Positions 13,478 through 24,002 of a stretch of 64,000 nt of DNA are shown here, piece by piece (within the stretch, counting starts at the first letter, position 1; every line of letters starts with the position of its first letter). The translations under genes and the position numbers were made by a program. The stretch is from Natronospirales bacterium (GTDB lineage: Bacteria; Pseudomonadota; Gammaproteobacteria; Natronospirales; REEB76): positions 11,717-75,716 of the forward strand of contig JAJYUH010000005.1 of NCBI GenBank assembly GCA_021792635.1. The letters run 5' to 3'. Under the pieces are notes generated by a model, which was given only the letters and a program-made list of their open reading frames with translations, ran no database searches and was not told the origin of the DNA.

Positions 13478-14418
13478 GCCACAGGACTGCCGAGGGCGGC
13501 CATCGGCCGGTGTTGCTGCAGGAAGCGGTGGAACGGCTCGGGGTACGGAGCGGGGGTGTGTATATGGACGGCACCTTCGGGCGCGGCGGACACAGCCGCA
13601 CGATCCTCGCGCGCCTCGGCGAGGCAGGACGCCTCATCGCCATGGATCGCGATCCGCAGGCGGTGGCGGCGGCACAGGTGCAGTGGGGTGATGACAGGCG
13701 GTTTGTAATATATCGAGGTGCGTTCTCCATGCTGGAGCGTATTGCTCAGCAAACGGCGGTTGCAGGACGGGTGAACGGCGTGCTGCTGGACCTGGGCGTT
13801 TCATCCGCGCAGCTCGATGACCCCCGGCGCGGATTCAGTTTCCTGCACAACGGCCCTCTCGACATGCGCATGGATCCGGATGCAGGCGAGAGTGCCGCCG
13901 AATGGCTCAATCGCGCGAGTGAAAAGCAGATTGCCGATGTCATTTATCAATATGGCGAAGAGCGCTATGCGAAACGCATCGCCCGTGCTGTGGTCACGGC
14001 ACGCGCTGCCGCCCCGATCGCCGAAACCCGGCCGCTCGCCGCAATTGTGAGCCATGCCGTACCTACCCGCGAACGCAAAAAACATCCTGCCACACGCACT
14101 TTTCAGGCTTTACGGATCTTCATCAATCGCGAACTGGAAGAACTGGAGAATTGCCTCGATCAGTGCCTGCGCGTACTGGCGCCGCACGGGCGGCTCGTGG
14201 TCATCAGCTTTCATTCCCTGGAAGATCGCCTGGTCAAGCGTTTCATCCGCGCGCATGCGCGTCTGGCACCGCCGGATCCGCAGGCCCCCTGGGTACAGTC
14301 CCATGAATCTCCAAAATTGTCCGTCCTGGGCAGAGCGGTTCGTCCCGGCGAAGAGGAAATCAACTTGAACCCGCGTGCCCGCAGCGCGGTACTGCGCGCG
14401 GCGGAGCGCCTGCCATGA
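13474..14418 (+). CDS. rsmH: 16S rRNA (cytosine1402-N4)-methyltransferase RsmH (MraW)
   Basis: HRPVLLQEAVERLG...GVYMDGTFGRGGHS...DLGVSSAQLD signature. GTGA overlap with mraZ. Confidence 0.95.
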   Translation: MSHRTAEGGHRPVLLQEAVERLGVRSGGVYMDGTFGRGGHSRTILARLGEAGRLIAMDRDPQAVAAAQVQWGDDRRFVIYRGAFSMLERIAQQTAVAGRVNGVLLDLGVSSAQLDDPRRGFSFLHNGPLDMRMDPDAGESAAEWLNRASEKQIADVIYQYGEERYAKRIARAVVTARAAAPIAETRPLAAIVSHAVPTRERKKHPATRTFQALRIFINRELEELENCLDQCLRVLAPHGRLVVISFHSLEDRLVKRFIRAHARLAPPDPQAPWVQSHESPKLSVLGRAVRPGEEEINLNPRARSAVLRAAERLP

Positions 14419-14684
14419 AACTTACCCGCGCTATGCTGGCTTTGCTGATCGTGGCGACGTTTCTCAGCGCACTTGCGGTAATTGATGCACGCAATGAAAA
14501 TCGCATGCTGTTCGCCCGGCTTCAGCAACTGCGCCAGCAGCGCGATCAGATCAATGTCGAATGGGGCCAACTGCTGCTGGAGCAGAGTACCTGGTCCACC
14601 CACGCGCGCATTGAACAGGTGGCCACCCGGAGGCTCGACATGGTGATGCCGCAGCACGTCGAGATCGTGGTGGTACATCCATGA
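14415..14684 (+). CDS. ftsL: Cell division protein FtsL
   Basis: 89 aa with a single TM helix plus coiled coil (RMLFARLQQLRQQRDQINVEWGQLLLEQST). Position between rsmH and ftsI. Confidence 0.9.
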   Translation: MKLTRAMLALLIVATFLSALAVIDARNENRMLFARLQQLRQQRDQINVEWGQLLLEQSTWSTHARIEQVATRRLDMVMPQHVEIVVVHP

Positions 14685-16402
14685 ATCACGGCGACGACGG
14701 CAATACCTCCTGGCGCTGGCGCAGCACCACGGTATTGGGTGTGTTCACGCTCGCCGCCGCGGCGTTACTGGGCAGGGTGGTGTACCTGCAGGTATTTGAC
14801 AACCAGTTCCTGCAGAATCAGGGCAAGGAACGTCATTTGCGCGTGGTGCAGATTCCCGCGCACCGCGGCATGATCCTCGACCGCAACGGTCAACCGCTGG
14901 CGGTGAGCACGCCGGTGGACTCCATCTGGATGAATCCGCAAGTAATCTCCGCTGTCTTGGGACGTGTGCCGCAACTGGCGCACGCGCTCGGTCTGCATAC
15001 CCATGACATCATGACACTGTTGCGCGAGAACCGTGACAAGCAATTCGTATACCTGGCGCGCGATCTGGATCCCTATGCCGCACAGCGACTGTTGGCATTG
15101 CGCATCCCCGGTGTATATACGCAGCGCCAGTACCGCCGCTATTACCCGGCGGGTGAAGTCACGGCCCACGTGCTGGGATTTACCAATGTGGATGACGTGG
15201 GGCAGGAGGGGTTGGAGTTCGCCTACAACAACTGGCTGCGCGGCATTCCCGGCGCCGAGCGCGTTATCGTGGACGGCTACGGCCGCTTCATGCAGGACGT
15301 GGAAAGCCTGCGTGCGCCGCGGCCCGGGAAAAACCTGGTTACCAGCATAGATCTGCGTGTGCAGTATCTCGCCTATCGCGCGCTCAAGCAGGCGGTGCTG
15401 GAGCAGGGCGCCCGCTCGGGCTCCATCGTCGTCATGGATGCCAGGACCGGTGAGGTGCTGGCCATGGCCAACCAACCCTCGTTCAATCCGAATAATCGCC
15501 GGGATTATTCCGCAAACCTGTATCGCAATCGGGCGGTGACCGACCAGTTCGAGCCGGGCTCGAGTCTCAAACCGTTCACCATCGCCGCGGCGCTGCTTTC
15601 CGGCCGCTACACCCCCGGCACCGTTATTGATACTGCGCCGGGTTTCTATGAGGTGGGAGGTTATACCATTCGGGACGACAGCGATTATGGCGCCATCAAT
15701 CTCACCACCATCCTGGAGAAATCCAGCAACGTCGGCGCCAGCAAGATCGCACTGTCGCTGCAACCGCAACTGCTGTATCAGACGCTGACGAATTTCGGCT
15801 TCGGCCGCGTGAGCGACAGTGGTTTTCCCGGTGAAGCGGCCGGCTCACTGCCCGCGTACCAGTCCTGGAGCAAGGCGCGCCAGGCGACCATAGCCTACGG
15901 TTACGGCGTCGCGGTCACCGCCCTGCAACTGGCGGACGCCTACGACATCATTGCGGACAACGGCATGCATTATCCGCCGACGTTTGTGCACCTGGATGTA
16001 CCGCCCGTCGGCCGGCGCGTGATCCCCGCACGTTACGCCGTCACGCTGCGCAACATGCTGGAGACGGTGGTTTCGGACCAGGGTACCGGCGAACTCGCCT
16101 CCGTGGCGGGTTATCACGTGGCGGGCAAGACCGGTACCGCGCATATCGCCGAGAACGGCGGCTATTCCGCCCACAACTATATGTCGGTGTTCTGCGGTAT
16201 GGCCCCCGCCACGGATCCGCGTCTGGTCATAGTGGTGGACATCAAACAGCCGAGCCGCGGCCAGTATTACGGCGGCCTGGTTTCGGCCCCGGTGTTCGCA
16301 CGCGTCATGACCGGCGCCCTGCGGCTGCTGGATATCCCGCCGGATGATCTGGGCAACCTTACCACCACCGCCTACGTGGTGAATTTGGGGCATGCTTCGT
16401 GA
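14681..16402 (+). CDS. ftsI: Peptidoglycan D,D-transpeptidase FtsI (PBP3)
   Basis: 573 aa with a PBP dimer domain plus a transpeptidase domain containing STLKP-like (GSSLKPF), SSN and KTGT motifs. Confidence 0.95.
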   Translation: MNHGDDGNTSWRWRSTTVLGVFTLAAAALLGRVVYLQVFDNQFLQNQGKERHLRVVQIPAHRGMILDRNGQPLAVSTPVDSIWMNPQVISAVLGRVPQLAHALGLHTHDIMTLLRENRDKQFVYLARDLDPYAAQRLLALRIPGVYTQRQYRRYYPAGEVTAHVLGFTNVDDVGQEGLEFAYNNWLRGIPGAERVIVDGYGRFMQDVESLRAPRPGKNLVTSIDLRVQYLAYRALKQAVLEQGARSGSIVVMDARTGEVLAMANQPSFNPNNRRDYSANLYRNRAVTDQFEPGSSLKPFTIAAALLSGRYTPGTVIDTAPGFYEVGGYTIRDDSDYGAINLTTILEKSSNVGASKIALSLQPQLLYQTLTNFGFGRVSDSGFPGEAAGSLPAYQSWSKARQATIAYGYGVAVTALQLADAYDIIADNGMHYPPTFVHLDVPPVGRRVIPARYAVTLRNMLETVVSDQGTGELASVAGYHVAGKTGTAHIAENGGYSAHNYMSVFCGMAPATDPRLVIVVDIKQPSRGQYYGGLVSAPVFARVMTGALRLLDIPPDDLGNLTTTAYVVNLGHAS

Positions 16403-17916
16403 TGGCGTGGGCGCAAAATCCCGGCGGCGCGCGCATCATGGAACTGCTGCACGGCGAGGCGGAGGTGTCGTCTGCACGCGACCTGCCGGTGCTGGGACTG
16501 GCCATGGACAGCCGCGGGATACGCGCAGGCTATTTGTTTCTTGCCTGCCGCGGCCATGATCATCACGCGCTCAGGCATCTGGCCGATGCGCGCGCGCGCG
16601 GCGCCGTGGCCGTGGCTTATGATCCCGAGGACGCGGTGGAATTTCTGCCCGCACTCAAGGGGTTTCCGGCGTTTGCGATCCGCGGTCTTGGCCAGCGTGC
16701 GGGTCATATTGCCGCACGCTTCTATGCCGATCCCTCCGCCAGCCAGCAGGTGATGGCGGTTACAGGCACCAACGGCAAGACGTCCGTGAGTCTGATCACC
16801 GCTCAGGCGCTTACGCAACTGGGCAGGCCCTGCGGTGTGCTGGGCACACTCGGCTACGGTGTATACGACAAGCTGGAAACGCCGACCCATACCACACCGG
16901 ATGCGGTCAGCGTGCAGCAGTGGCTTGCCCGTTTCCGCGCGCGTCGCGCGCAGTACGTCAGCATGGAAGCATCCAGTCATGCTCTTGATCAGGGACGCAT
17001 GGCGGGAGTGCGTGTGGCGGTTGCCGTGTTTACCAACCTCACCCGCGATCACCTGAATTATCACGGCAGCATGGAAGCGTATGCCGCCGCCAAACGCCGG
17101 CTGTTCGAAACACCGGGTCTGCGACATGCCGTCATTAATCTGGATGATGCGTATGGCCGGGAACTCGCGCAGCGGCTACCCGGCGACGTAGCCCGCATCG
17201 GTTACTCACTTGAACCCGCACAGGTTCCCGCGGGCAGAATACTCCTGGCCACGCGCGTCGAGCCGCATGCGCACGGCTTGCGTCTGGAGGTGACGGGCGC
17301 ATGGGGGCACGGACATATAGATTCACGGCTCCTGGGCCGCTTTAATGCCCAGAATCTTCTTGCGGTAGTGGGGGTGCTGCTGGCGCTGGAAATTTCCTTC
17401 ATGGATGCGTTACGCGCCGTGAGCCATGCGCGCACCGTGCCCGGTCGTATGGAATGCTTCGGCGGCGGCACCCTGCAGCCGCTGGTCGTGGTGGATTACG
17501 CGCATACGCCGGACGCGTTGGAGAAGGCGCTCATCGCCGCGCGCGCCCATTGCCGGGGACAGTTGTGGTGCGTGTTCGGCTGTGGCGGTGAACGCGACCG
17601 CGGCAAGCGCCCGCAAATGGGCGCCATCGCGGAACGGCTGGCGGAGCGCGTGACCCTCACCGACGACAACCCGCGTCATGAGGACGGCGATGTGATCGTT
17701 GCCGAAATCCTCGCCGGGATCCGCGACCGCGGGCGCGTACAGGTGCAGCGTGACCGCGTATGCGCGGTAACCCGGGTGCTCCGCGACGCCGCGCCGGGCG
17801 ACGTGGTGCTGGTGGCCGGTAAGGGGCACGAAACCTGCCAAGTCATCGGCGACGACAGCCGGCCGTACAGCGATCGCGATACCGTGCGTGCAGTACTTGC
17901 GGAGATACATGCATGA
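16399..17916 (+). CDS. murE: UDP-N-acetylmuramoyl-L-alanyl-D-glutamate--2,6-diaminopimelate ligase MurE
   Basis: Mur ligase with GTNGKTS P-loop and a DNPR motif (TDDNPRHED) typical of meso-DAP-adding MurE. dcw position. Confidence 0.95.
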   Translation: MMAWAQNPGGARIMELLHGEAEVSSARDLPVLGLAMDSRGIRAGYLFLACRGHDHHALRHLADARARGAVAVAYDPEDAVEFLPALKGFPAFAIRGLGQRAGHIAARFYADPSASQQVMAVTGTNGKTSVSLITAQALTQLGRPCGVLGTLGYGVYDKLETPTHTTPDAVSVQQWLARFRARRAQYVSMEASSHALDQGRMAGVRVAVAVFTNLTRDHLNYHGSMEAYAAAKRRLFETPGLRHAVINLDDAYGRELAQRLPGDVARIGYSLEPAQVPAGRILLATRVEPHAHGLRLEVTGAWGHGHIDSRLLGRFNAQNLLAVVGVLLALEISFMDALRAVSHARTVPGRMECFGGGTLQPLVVVDYAHTPDALEKALIAARAHCRGQLWCVFGCGGERDRGKRPQMGAIAERLAERVTLTDDNPRHEDGDVIVAEILAGIRDRGRVQVQRDRVCAVTRVLRDAAPGDVVLVAGKGHETCQVIGDDSRPYSDRDTVRAVLAEIHA

Positions 17917-19295
17917 GTACCCGCCGGCTCTCCGAGGTGGCGGCCGTGACCGGCGGCAGACTGGTGGGCGCCGACCGGGAATTCCTGCGTGTCGGCACCG
18001 ACACGCGCAAGCTCATGGCAGGTGAACTGTATGTGGCGCTGCGGGGAGCGCACTTCAACGGCCATGAATTCGTCACCCAGGCCGAAAAACTGGGTGCCGC
18101 CGCCGCACTGGTGGAACACCCCGTGCCTTGCCATCTGCCGCAGGTGGTGGTGCGCGACGCCCGCCGGGCGCTGGGCGCCTATGCCGCCCACTGGCGCAGC
18201 GATTTCAGCATCCCGGTGATCGGCGTCACCGGCTCCAGCGGCAAGACCACGGTCAAGGAAATGATCGCCAGCATCCTGCACCGCCGCGGAGCCACGCTTG
18301 CGACCCGCGGCAACATGAACAACGACATCGGTGTGCCGCTCACGCTGCTGGAACTGAATGAGCAGCATCGCGCCGCAGTCATTGAAATGGGCACCAGCCA
18401 CCCCGGCGAAATTGAATATCTGGCGCGGCTAACCGCCGCCGGCGTGGGCGTGGTGACCAACGCCGGCCCCGCCCATCTGGAGGCGCTCGGCAGTGCACAG
18501 GGTGTGGCACTGGAAAAAGGCGCGTTGTTTGCCGCATTGCGCCCCGCCGGGGTAGCCGTCATCAATGCGGACGATGCCCAGGCGTCCCTGTGGCGGGGCA
18601 TGGCCGGCACGCGCGTGCAGCGCAGTTTTGGCCTGGCGGAGACAGCGGATTTTCATGTGCAGCCCGATTCACTCAAACAGTTGCCGACCGGCGTATGGGA
18701 ATTCCGGCTGGTGTCACCGCTGGGGGAAACCGGCATTCACCTGTCGCTGCCCGGCAGGCACAACGTACTCAACGCCCTTGCCGCCGCCGCCGCCGCCACG
18801 GCCGCCGGCGCCACCCTGGAAGAGGTAAGCAGCGGTCTCGCCAACACGCCGCTGACCGCCGGCCGGCTGATAGTCATGCCTGGGATGCGCGCCTGCCGCC
18901 TCATTGACGACAGCTATAACGCCAATCCGCTGTCCCTCCGGGTAGCCATGGAATTCGCCCTGAGTCTGGGCGATCCCGTATGGCTGGTATTGGGGGATAT
19001 GGGTGAGCTGGGTGAACGCGCGGCGGCATTGCACGCGGAGTGCGGTGCGCTGGCCAGACAGCTCGGCATCGTGCGCCTGATCAGTTTCGGCAGCCTGAGC
19101 CTGCACGCGACGGAACGGTTCGGCGCGGGGGCGGAACATTTCCTGGACCGGGAAGCGCTGATCAGCGCCTTGCGCACCGAACTGCGCCACGGAATCACGC
19201 TGCTGATCAAGGGCTCGCGCAGCATGCGCATGGAGCGCGTGGTGGAAGCCCTGCGGGAACAACAGGCCGTGGGCAAGGCCGTAAACGGGAGTTGA
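17913..19295 (+). CDS. murF: UDP-MurNAc-tripeptide--D-alanyl-D-alanine ligase MurF
   Basis: Mur ligase with GVTGSSGKTT P-loop, DDSYNANP motif and dcw position. ATGA overlap with murE. Confidence 0.95.
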   Translation: MSTRRLSEVAAVTGGRLVGADREFLRVGTDTRKLMAGELYVALRGAHFNGHEFVTQAEKLGAAAALVEHPVPCHLPQVVVRDARRALGAYAAHWRSDFSIPVIGVTGSSGKTTVKEMIASILHRRGATLATRGNMNNDIGVPLTLLELNEQHRAAVIEMGTSHPGEIEYLARLTAAGVGVVTNAGPAHLEALGSAQGVALEKGALFAALRPAGVAVINADDAQASLWRGMAGTRVQRSFGLAETADFHVQPDSLKQLPTGVWEFRLVSPLGETGIHLSLPGRHNVLNALAAAAAATAAGATLEEVSSGLANTPLTAGRLIVMPGMRACRLIDDSYNANPLSLRVAMEFALSLGDPVWLVLGDMGELGERAAALHAECGALARQLGIVRLISFGSLSLHATERFGAGAEHFLDREALISALRTELRHGITLLIKGSRSMRMERVVEALREQQAVGKAVNGS

Positions 19296-19298
19296 AGC

Positions 19299-20381
19299 AT
19301 GCTGCTGTTCCTTACCGAATACCTGACACGCTACTACTCGGTGTTCAACGTATTTTCCTATCTCACGTTTCGTGCCATCCTCGGCGTGCTCACCGCGTTG
19401 CTGTTTTCGTTTATCACGGGACCGAGCGTGATCCGACGGCTGACTTCCTATCAGATCGGCCAGAGCGTGCGCAATGACGGCCCCCAGTCGCATCTGTCCA
19501 AAGCGGGCACGCCCACCATGGGCGGTGCCATGATTCTGGTTACCATCATTGTTACCACGCTGCTGTGGTCGGATCTGCGCAATCGTTACGTGTGGATTCT
19601 GGTCGGCGTCACCTTCGCTTTCGGCCTCATAGGTTTCGCCGACGACTACAAGAAACTGGTGCTGCATAATTCCAGGGGATTGTCGCCCGGCAGCAAATAT
19701 TTCTGGCAATCGCTGTTGGGTCTGGCGGTGGCCATCGCGCTGTATCTCAGCCATCGCAGCAGCAGTGAAATTGATTACATCCTGCCTCTGCTGAAACATG
19801 TATCTGTTTCCCTGGGCGGTTTCTTCATCCTCATCACCTGTTTCGTGGTGGTGGGCATGAGCAACGCGGTCAATCTTACCGACGGCCTGGACGGCCTCGC
19901 CATCATGCCGGCGGTCATGGTGGGCGGTGCGCTCGGCGTGTTCGGCTACGCCTCGGGCAATTTCGTATTCGCCCATTACCTCACCATCCCCTATCTTCCC
20001 GGTGCCGGCGAAGTAGTGGTGTTTTGCGGTGCACTGGTGGGTGCGGGGCTGGGTTTCCTCTGGTTCAACGCCTATCCGGCGCAGGTATTCATGGGCGATG
20101 TCGGCGCGCTGGCGCTGGGGGCGGCGCTCGGCACCCTGGGGGTCATCGTGCGCCAGGAAATCGTGCTGTTCATCATGGGCGGAGTATTCGTGATGGAAAC
20201 CGTCTCGGTGATCCTGCAGGTGACTTCCTTCAAGTTTACCGGCCGGCGCATCTTCCGCATGGCGCCGCTGCACCATCACTTTGAATTGAAGGGCTGGCCG
20301 GAACCGCGCGTTATCGTGCGCTTCTGGATCGTCACGGTGATCCTGGTGCTCATCGGTCTGTCCACCCTCAAGGTGCGTTGA
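19299..20381 (+). CDS. mraY: Phospho-N-acetylmuramoyl-pentapeptide transferase MraY
   Basis: 360 aa polytopic protein, MLLFLTEYL...KAGTPTMGG...[13 protein letters not shown]...HHHFE motifs. Confidence 0.97.
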   Translation: MLLFLTEYLTRYYSVFNVFSYLTFRAILGVLTALLFSFITGPSVIRRLTSYQIGQSVRNDGPQSHLSKAGTPTMGGAMILVTIIVTTLLWSDLRNRYVWILVGVTFAFGLIGFADDYKKLVLHNSRGLSPGSKYFWQSLLGLAVAIALYLSHRSSSEIDYILPLLKHVSVSLGGFFILITCFVVVGMSNAVNLTDGLDGLAIMPAVMVGGALGVFGYASGNFVFAHYLTIPYLPGAGEVVVFCGALVGAGLGFLWFNAYPAQVFMGDVGALALGAALGTLGVIVRQEIVLFIMGGVFVMETVSVILQVTSFKFTGRRIFRMAPLHHHFELKGWPEPRVIVRFWIVTVILVLIGLSTLKVR

Positions 20382-20394
20382 GGAGGCGCCGCGC

Positions 20395-21738
20395 ATGCAC
20401 CTGCCGCAGCACAGGATGAAGACGCTCATCGTCGGTCTCGGCAAAACCGGGCTGTCCTGTGCGCACTTCCTGGCCGAACGCGGCATGGAGGTGACGGTCA
20501 CCGACAGCCGCGAGCATCCTCCCGGCCTCAGGGAACTGCGCAACACCCTGCCGGACGCGGCGGTGTTTGTGGGCGGTTTTTCCGAGGAGGCGCTCCGGCA
20601 CGCGGATCAGGTGGTGCTTTCCCCCGGCATCGGCGTGGATACGCCGTTTATTGCCAAGGCGCGCGCCCTGGGTCTGCCGCTGCTGGGCGACATCGAATTA
20701 TTCGCCCAGGCGGCGCATTCACCGGTGGTAGGCATAACCGGCGCCAACGGCAAGAGCACGGTAACGACGCTGGTGGGGCGCATGGCGGAGCGCGCCGGCC
20801 GCGAGGTGCGCGTGGGCGGAAACCTCGGTACGCCGGCTCTGGAGCTGATCCGGGAACAGCAGCCGCAGTTGTACGTGCTGGAACTGTCCAGCTTCCAGCT
20901 GGAGCTCACCGCGGCGTTGCACTGCATGGCGGCGACCGTGCTCAACATCTCGCCGGATCACATGGATCGTTATGCCACGCTTGCAGACTACGCCGCCGCC
21001 AAGGCGCGCATCTTCGCCCACTGCGATGTGGCGGTGGTGAATCGTGACGATGCCATGGTGTGCGCCATGCCCAGGGTGGGCCAGAGGCAGGTGAGTTTCG
21101 GTCTGCGGATGCCGGCCGGCGCCGATTACGGCGTGGTGATGCACGCAAGCGAACGCTGGCTCGCGCGCGGCAGCCAACGCCTGTTACGCATCAGTGAATT
21201 GCGCGTCCGTGGTGACCACAACGCGGCAAATGCGCTGGCGGCCCTCGCTCTCGGCGAGGCAGCGGGCCTGCCGCTGGAGGCGATGCTTGCCGCGCTCAGG
21301 GAATTCCGCGGTCTGCCCCATCGCATGGAATATATCGCGACGGTGAACGGCGTCGGCTGGTATGACGACTCCAAGGGTACCAATGTGGGCGCGACTCTGG
21401 CGGCGGTGTCGGGTCTCTCCGGCCCGCTGGTGCTGATCGCCGGTGGGGACGGCAAGAACCAGGATTTTCAGCCGCTGGCCGACGCGCTGCCGGGCAAGGC
21501 GCGCGCCGTGGTGCTGCTTGGCAAGGATGCGGTTGCCATTGAGCGGGCGATTGCCGGCCGTGTGCCGCTGCGGCAGGTGAAGGACATGGACGCCGCCGTA
21601 CAGACCGCGGCCAAGCTTGCCCAAGCGGGTGACGTGGCGCTGCTGTCGCCCGCCTGCTCCAGCCTCGACATGTTCGACAATTTCGAACACCGCGGCCGGG
21701 TATTCGCCGCCGCCGTACGGAGGCTCGCCGATGGCTGA
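20395..21738 (+). CDS. murD: UDP-N-acetylmuramoylalanine--D-glutamate ligase MurD
   Basis: VGLGKTGLS Rossmann N-terminus, GITGANGKST P-loop. The true start may be ATG 20416 (MKTLIVGLGKTG). Confidence 0.93.
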   Translation: MHLPQHRMKTLIVGLGKTGLSCAHFLAERGMEVTVTDSREHPPGLRELRNTLPDAAVFVGGFSEEALRHADQVVLSPGIGVDTPFIAKARALGLPLLGDIELFAQAAHSPVVGITGANGKSTVTTLVGRMAERAGREVRVGGNLGTPALELIREQQPQLYVLELSSFQLELTAALHCMAATVLNISPDHMDRYATLADYAAAKARIFAHCDVAVVNRDDAMVCAMPRVGQRQVSFGLRMPAGADYGVVMHASERWLARGSQRLLRISELRVRGDHNAANALAALALGEAAGLPLEAMLAALREFRGLPHRMEYIATVNGVGWYDDSKGTNVGATLAAVSGLSGPLVLIAGGDGKNQDFQPLADALPGKARAVVLLGKDAVAIERAIAGRVPLRQVKDMDAAVQTAAKLAQAGDVALLSPACSSLDMFDNFEHRGRVFAAAVRRLADG

Positions 21739-22897
21739 AGTAAAACCCATTGCCGGCGGCGAGGTTGCCCCCACACCGGATCGTATCCTGCTCCTGACGG
21801 CGGCGGTGATCCTGGGCGTCGGTCTGGTGATGGTGGGCTCCGCCTCCATCACCCTCGCCGACAAGCTGACCGGCAATCCGTTCTATTATCTTGAACGCCA
21901 GTTGGCCTATTCGGTGCTGGGTTTCGGCTTCGGCGTCGCCGCGTACTGGCTGCCACTCGCCTGGTGGCAGCGCAGCAGCTATCTGCTGCTGCTTCTGGCG
22001 TTCGCACTGCTCGCCGTGGTGCTGGTACCGGGCATCGGCCGGCAGGTGAACGGCAGCATCCGCTGGGTGGTGCTGGGCCCGTTCCGGCTGCAGGTATCGG
22101 AGCCGGCGCGGCTGCTTATCCTCATATATATAGCCGGTTACATTGTCCGCCGCCAAACGGAGCTGGCGGCGCATTTTACGGGTTACCTCAAACCCATGCT
22201 GCTGCTGGCCCTCGCCGCCGTGCTGCTGTTGGGGGAACCGGATTTCGGCGCTGCCACGGTGCTCATCGTCACCGCCATGGCCATGCTGTTTTTTGGCGGT
22301 GCACGTTTGCGGGATTTCATTCTGTTTACCGTGCTGGGCGTGATCGGTTTCGTGACGCTGGCGGTAGCTTCCCCCTACCGCCTCGAGCGTATCACCGGCT
22401 TCCTGCATCCCTGGAGTCATCCCTTCGACAGCGGCTTTCAGCTGACCCAGTCGCTCATCGCCATCGGGCGCGGCGGGTTATTCGGCGTGGGGTTGGGTGA
22501 AAGCGTGCAGAAGCTTTTCTATTTGCCGGAAGCCTACACCGACTTCCTGTTCGCGGTACTCGCCGAGGAGCTGGGACTGCTGGGTTGTCTCGCCGTGCTT
22601 GCCCTGTTTCTCGTGTTCACCTGGCGCGCCATTGTCATCGCGCGGCGTGCGGCACAGCAGGGACAGACGTTCGGCGCGCATCTCGCCTTCGGTTTGGGTC
22701 TGTGGATCGGATTGCAGGCGTTCATCAACATGGGCGTGAACATGGGGCTGCTGCCCACCAAAGGCCTGACGCTGCCGCTCATGAGCTACGGCGGCAGCAG
22801 TCTGGTAGTGGTATGCGCCGCCATCGGCCTCATTTTGCGCGTGGATCGTGAAACCCGCGCGGGGCATTCCTGGCTGGAAAAGGGCATGGCCGCATGA
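21731..22897 (+). CDS. ftsW: Peptidoglycan glycosyltransferase / lipid II flippase-family protein FtsW
   Basis: Start at ATG 21731 (MAEVKPIAGG...), an 8-nt overlap with murD. SEDS family blocks present (PSEPARL-like SEPARLLILIYIA, TDFLFAVLAEELG, GLLPTKGLTLPLMSYGGSS). Confidence 0.93.
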   Translation: MAEVKPIAGGEVAPTPDRILLLTAAVILGVGLVMVGSASITLADKLTGNPFYYLERQLAYSVLGFGFGVAAYWLPLAWWQRSSYLLLLLAFALLAVVLVPGIGRQVNGSIRWVVLGPFRLQVSEPARLLILIYIAGYIVRRQTELAAHFTGYLKPMLLLALAAVLLLGEPDFGAATVLIVTAMAMLFFGGARLRDFILFTVLGVIGFVTLAVASPYRLERITGFLHPWSHPFDSGFQLTQSLIAIGRGGLFGVGLGESVQKLFYLPEAYTDFLFAVLAEELGLLGCLAVLALFLVFTWRAIVIARRAAQQGQTFGAHLAFGLGLWIGLQAFINMGVNMGLLPTKGLTLPLMSYGGSSLVVVCAAIGLILRVDRETRAGHSWLEKGMAA

Positions 22898-22925
22898 TGG
22901 TTCTGTATTGGCAAGAGACGGAGGT

Positions 22926-24002
22926 ATGAAGATCGTGATCATGGCGGGCGGTACCGGCGGTCATGTCTTTCCCGCGCTTGCGGTGGCGGACGTGCTGCGC
23001 GCGCGCGGCCATGCGGTCGCCTGGATCGGCACACGCCAGGGATTGGAAGCGCGTGTGGTGCCCGACGCCGGCCTTCCCATGGAATGGATCGAAGTGGGCG
23101 GCGTACGCGGCAAGGGCATGGCCACACTGCTGCAGTCACCCTGGAGAATTGCGTACGCCCTGGCGCAGGCGCTCGGCATCTTCCGGCGCCTGCGCCCGGC
23201 GGCGGCACTCGGCATGGGCGGCTTTGCCAGTGGACCCGGCGGCCTCGCGGCAAGGCTTACAGGTTGCCCGCTGGTGTTGCATGAGCAGAACGCGGTGCCG
23301 GGCATGACGAACCGCATCCTGAGTCAGGTTGCCGCACGCGTGCTGCAGGGTTTTCCCGGAAGTTTTGCCCCGTCCCGGCGGGGGGAATATGTGGGCAATC
23401 CGGTGCGCGCGAGTATCGCGGCGTTGCCGCCACCGGAAATGCGCTTGGCCGCACGCAGCGGCAGGCCGCGTCTGCTGGTTATCGGCGGCAGCCAGGGTGC
23501 GCAGGTGCTCAATGACTGCGTACCGCAAGCCCTGGCACAGCTCGATGCAACGTTGTGCCCCGAGGTATGGCATCAGACGGGCGCGCGCGATGCACAGAGT
23601 GTTGCGGCCGCCTATCAGGCGCACGGGATACCGGCGCGGGTCGCGCCCTTCATTGAAGATATGGCGCAGGCCTATGCCTGGGCGGATCTGGCTCTGTGCC
23701 GTTCCGGGGCGCTCACCGTGGCGGAACTGACGGTGGTGGGACTGGCTGCCGTGCTGGTACCGTTCGCGGCGGCGGTGGATGACCACCAGACCCGCAATGC
23801 GGAGTTCCTGGTGCAAGCAGCGGCGGCGGAACTGTTGCCGCAGACGCAACTTTCGGCGCAAACCCTGATCCCGGTACTGAGCGGCATGCTGGGTGACCGG
23901 CGCAGACTCATGCGGATGGCGCAGCGCGCACGTGCGCTGGCCAAACCGGATGCGGCGGCGAAGGTCGCCGAAGCCTGCGTACAGGCGGGAGGAGCGGCAT
24001 GA
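22926..24002 (+). CDS. murG: UDP-GlcNAc--lipid I N-acetylglucosamine transferase MurG
   Basis: Start at [21 protein letters not shown] (G-loop), GGSQGA motif. The ORF-track start at 22848 is an upstream extension. Confidence 0.95.
   Translation: MKIVIMAGGTGGHVFPALAVADVLRARGHAVAWIGTRQGLEARVVPDAGLPMEWIEVGGVRGKGMATLLQSPWRIAYALAQALGIFRRLRPAAALGMGGFASGPGGLAARLTGCPLVLHEQNAVPGMTNRILSQVAARVLQGFPGSFAPSRRGEYVGNPVRASIAALPPPEMRLAARSGRPRLLVIGGSQGAQVLNDCVPQALAQLDATLCPEVWHQTGARDAQSVAAAYQAHGIPARVAPFIEDMAQAYAWADLALCRSGALTVAELTVVGLAAVLVPFAAAVDDHQTRNAEFLVQAAAAELLPQTQLSAQTLIPVLSGMLGDRRRLMRMAQRARALAKPDAAAKVAEACVQAGGAA

Noticed and set aside
18714-20546. 610 aa ORF antisense to murF/mraY
   Set aside because: Same high-GC antisense artefact. 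It spans two canonical dcw genes and has Arg/His/Gly/Gln-rich junk composition.
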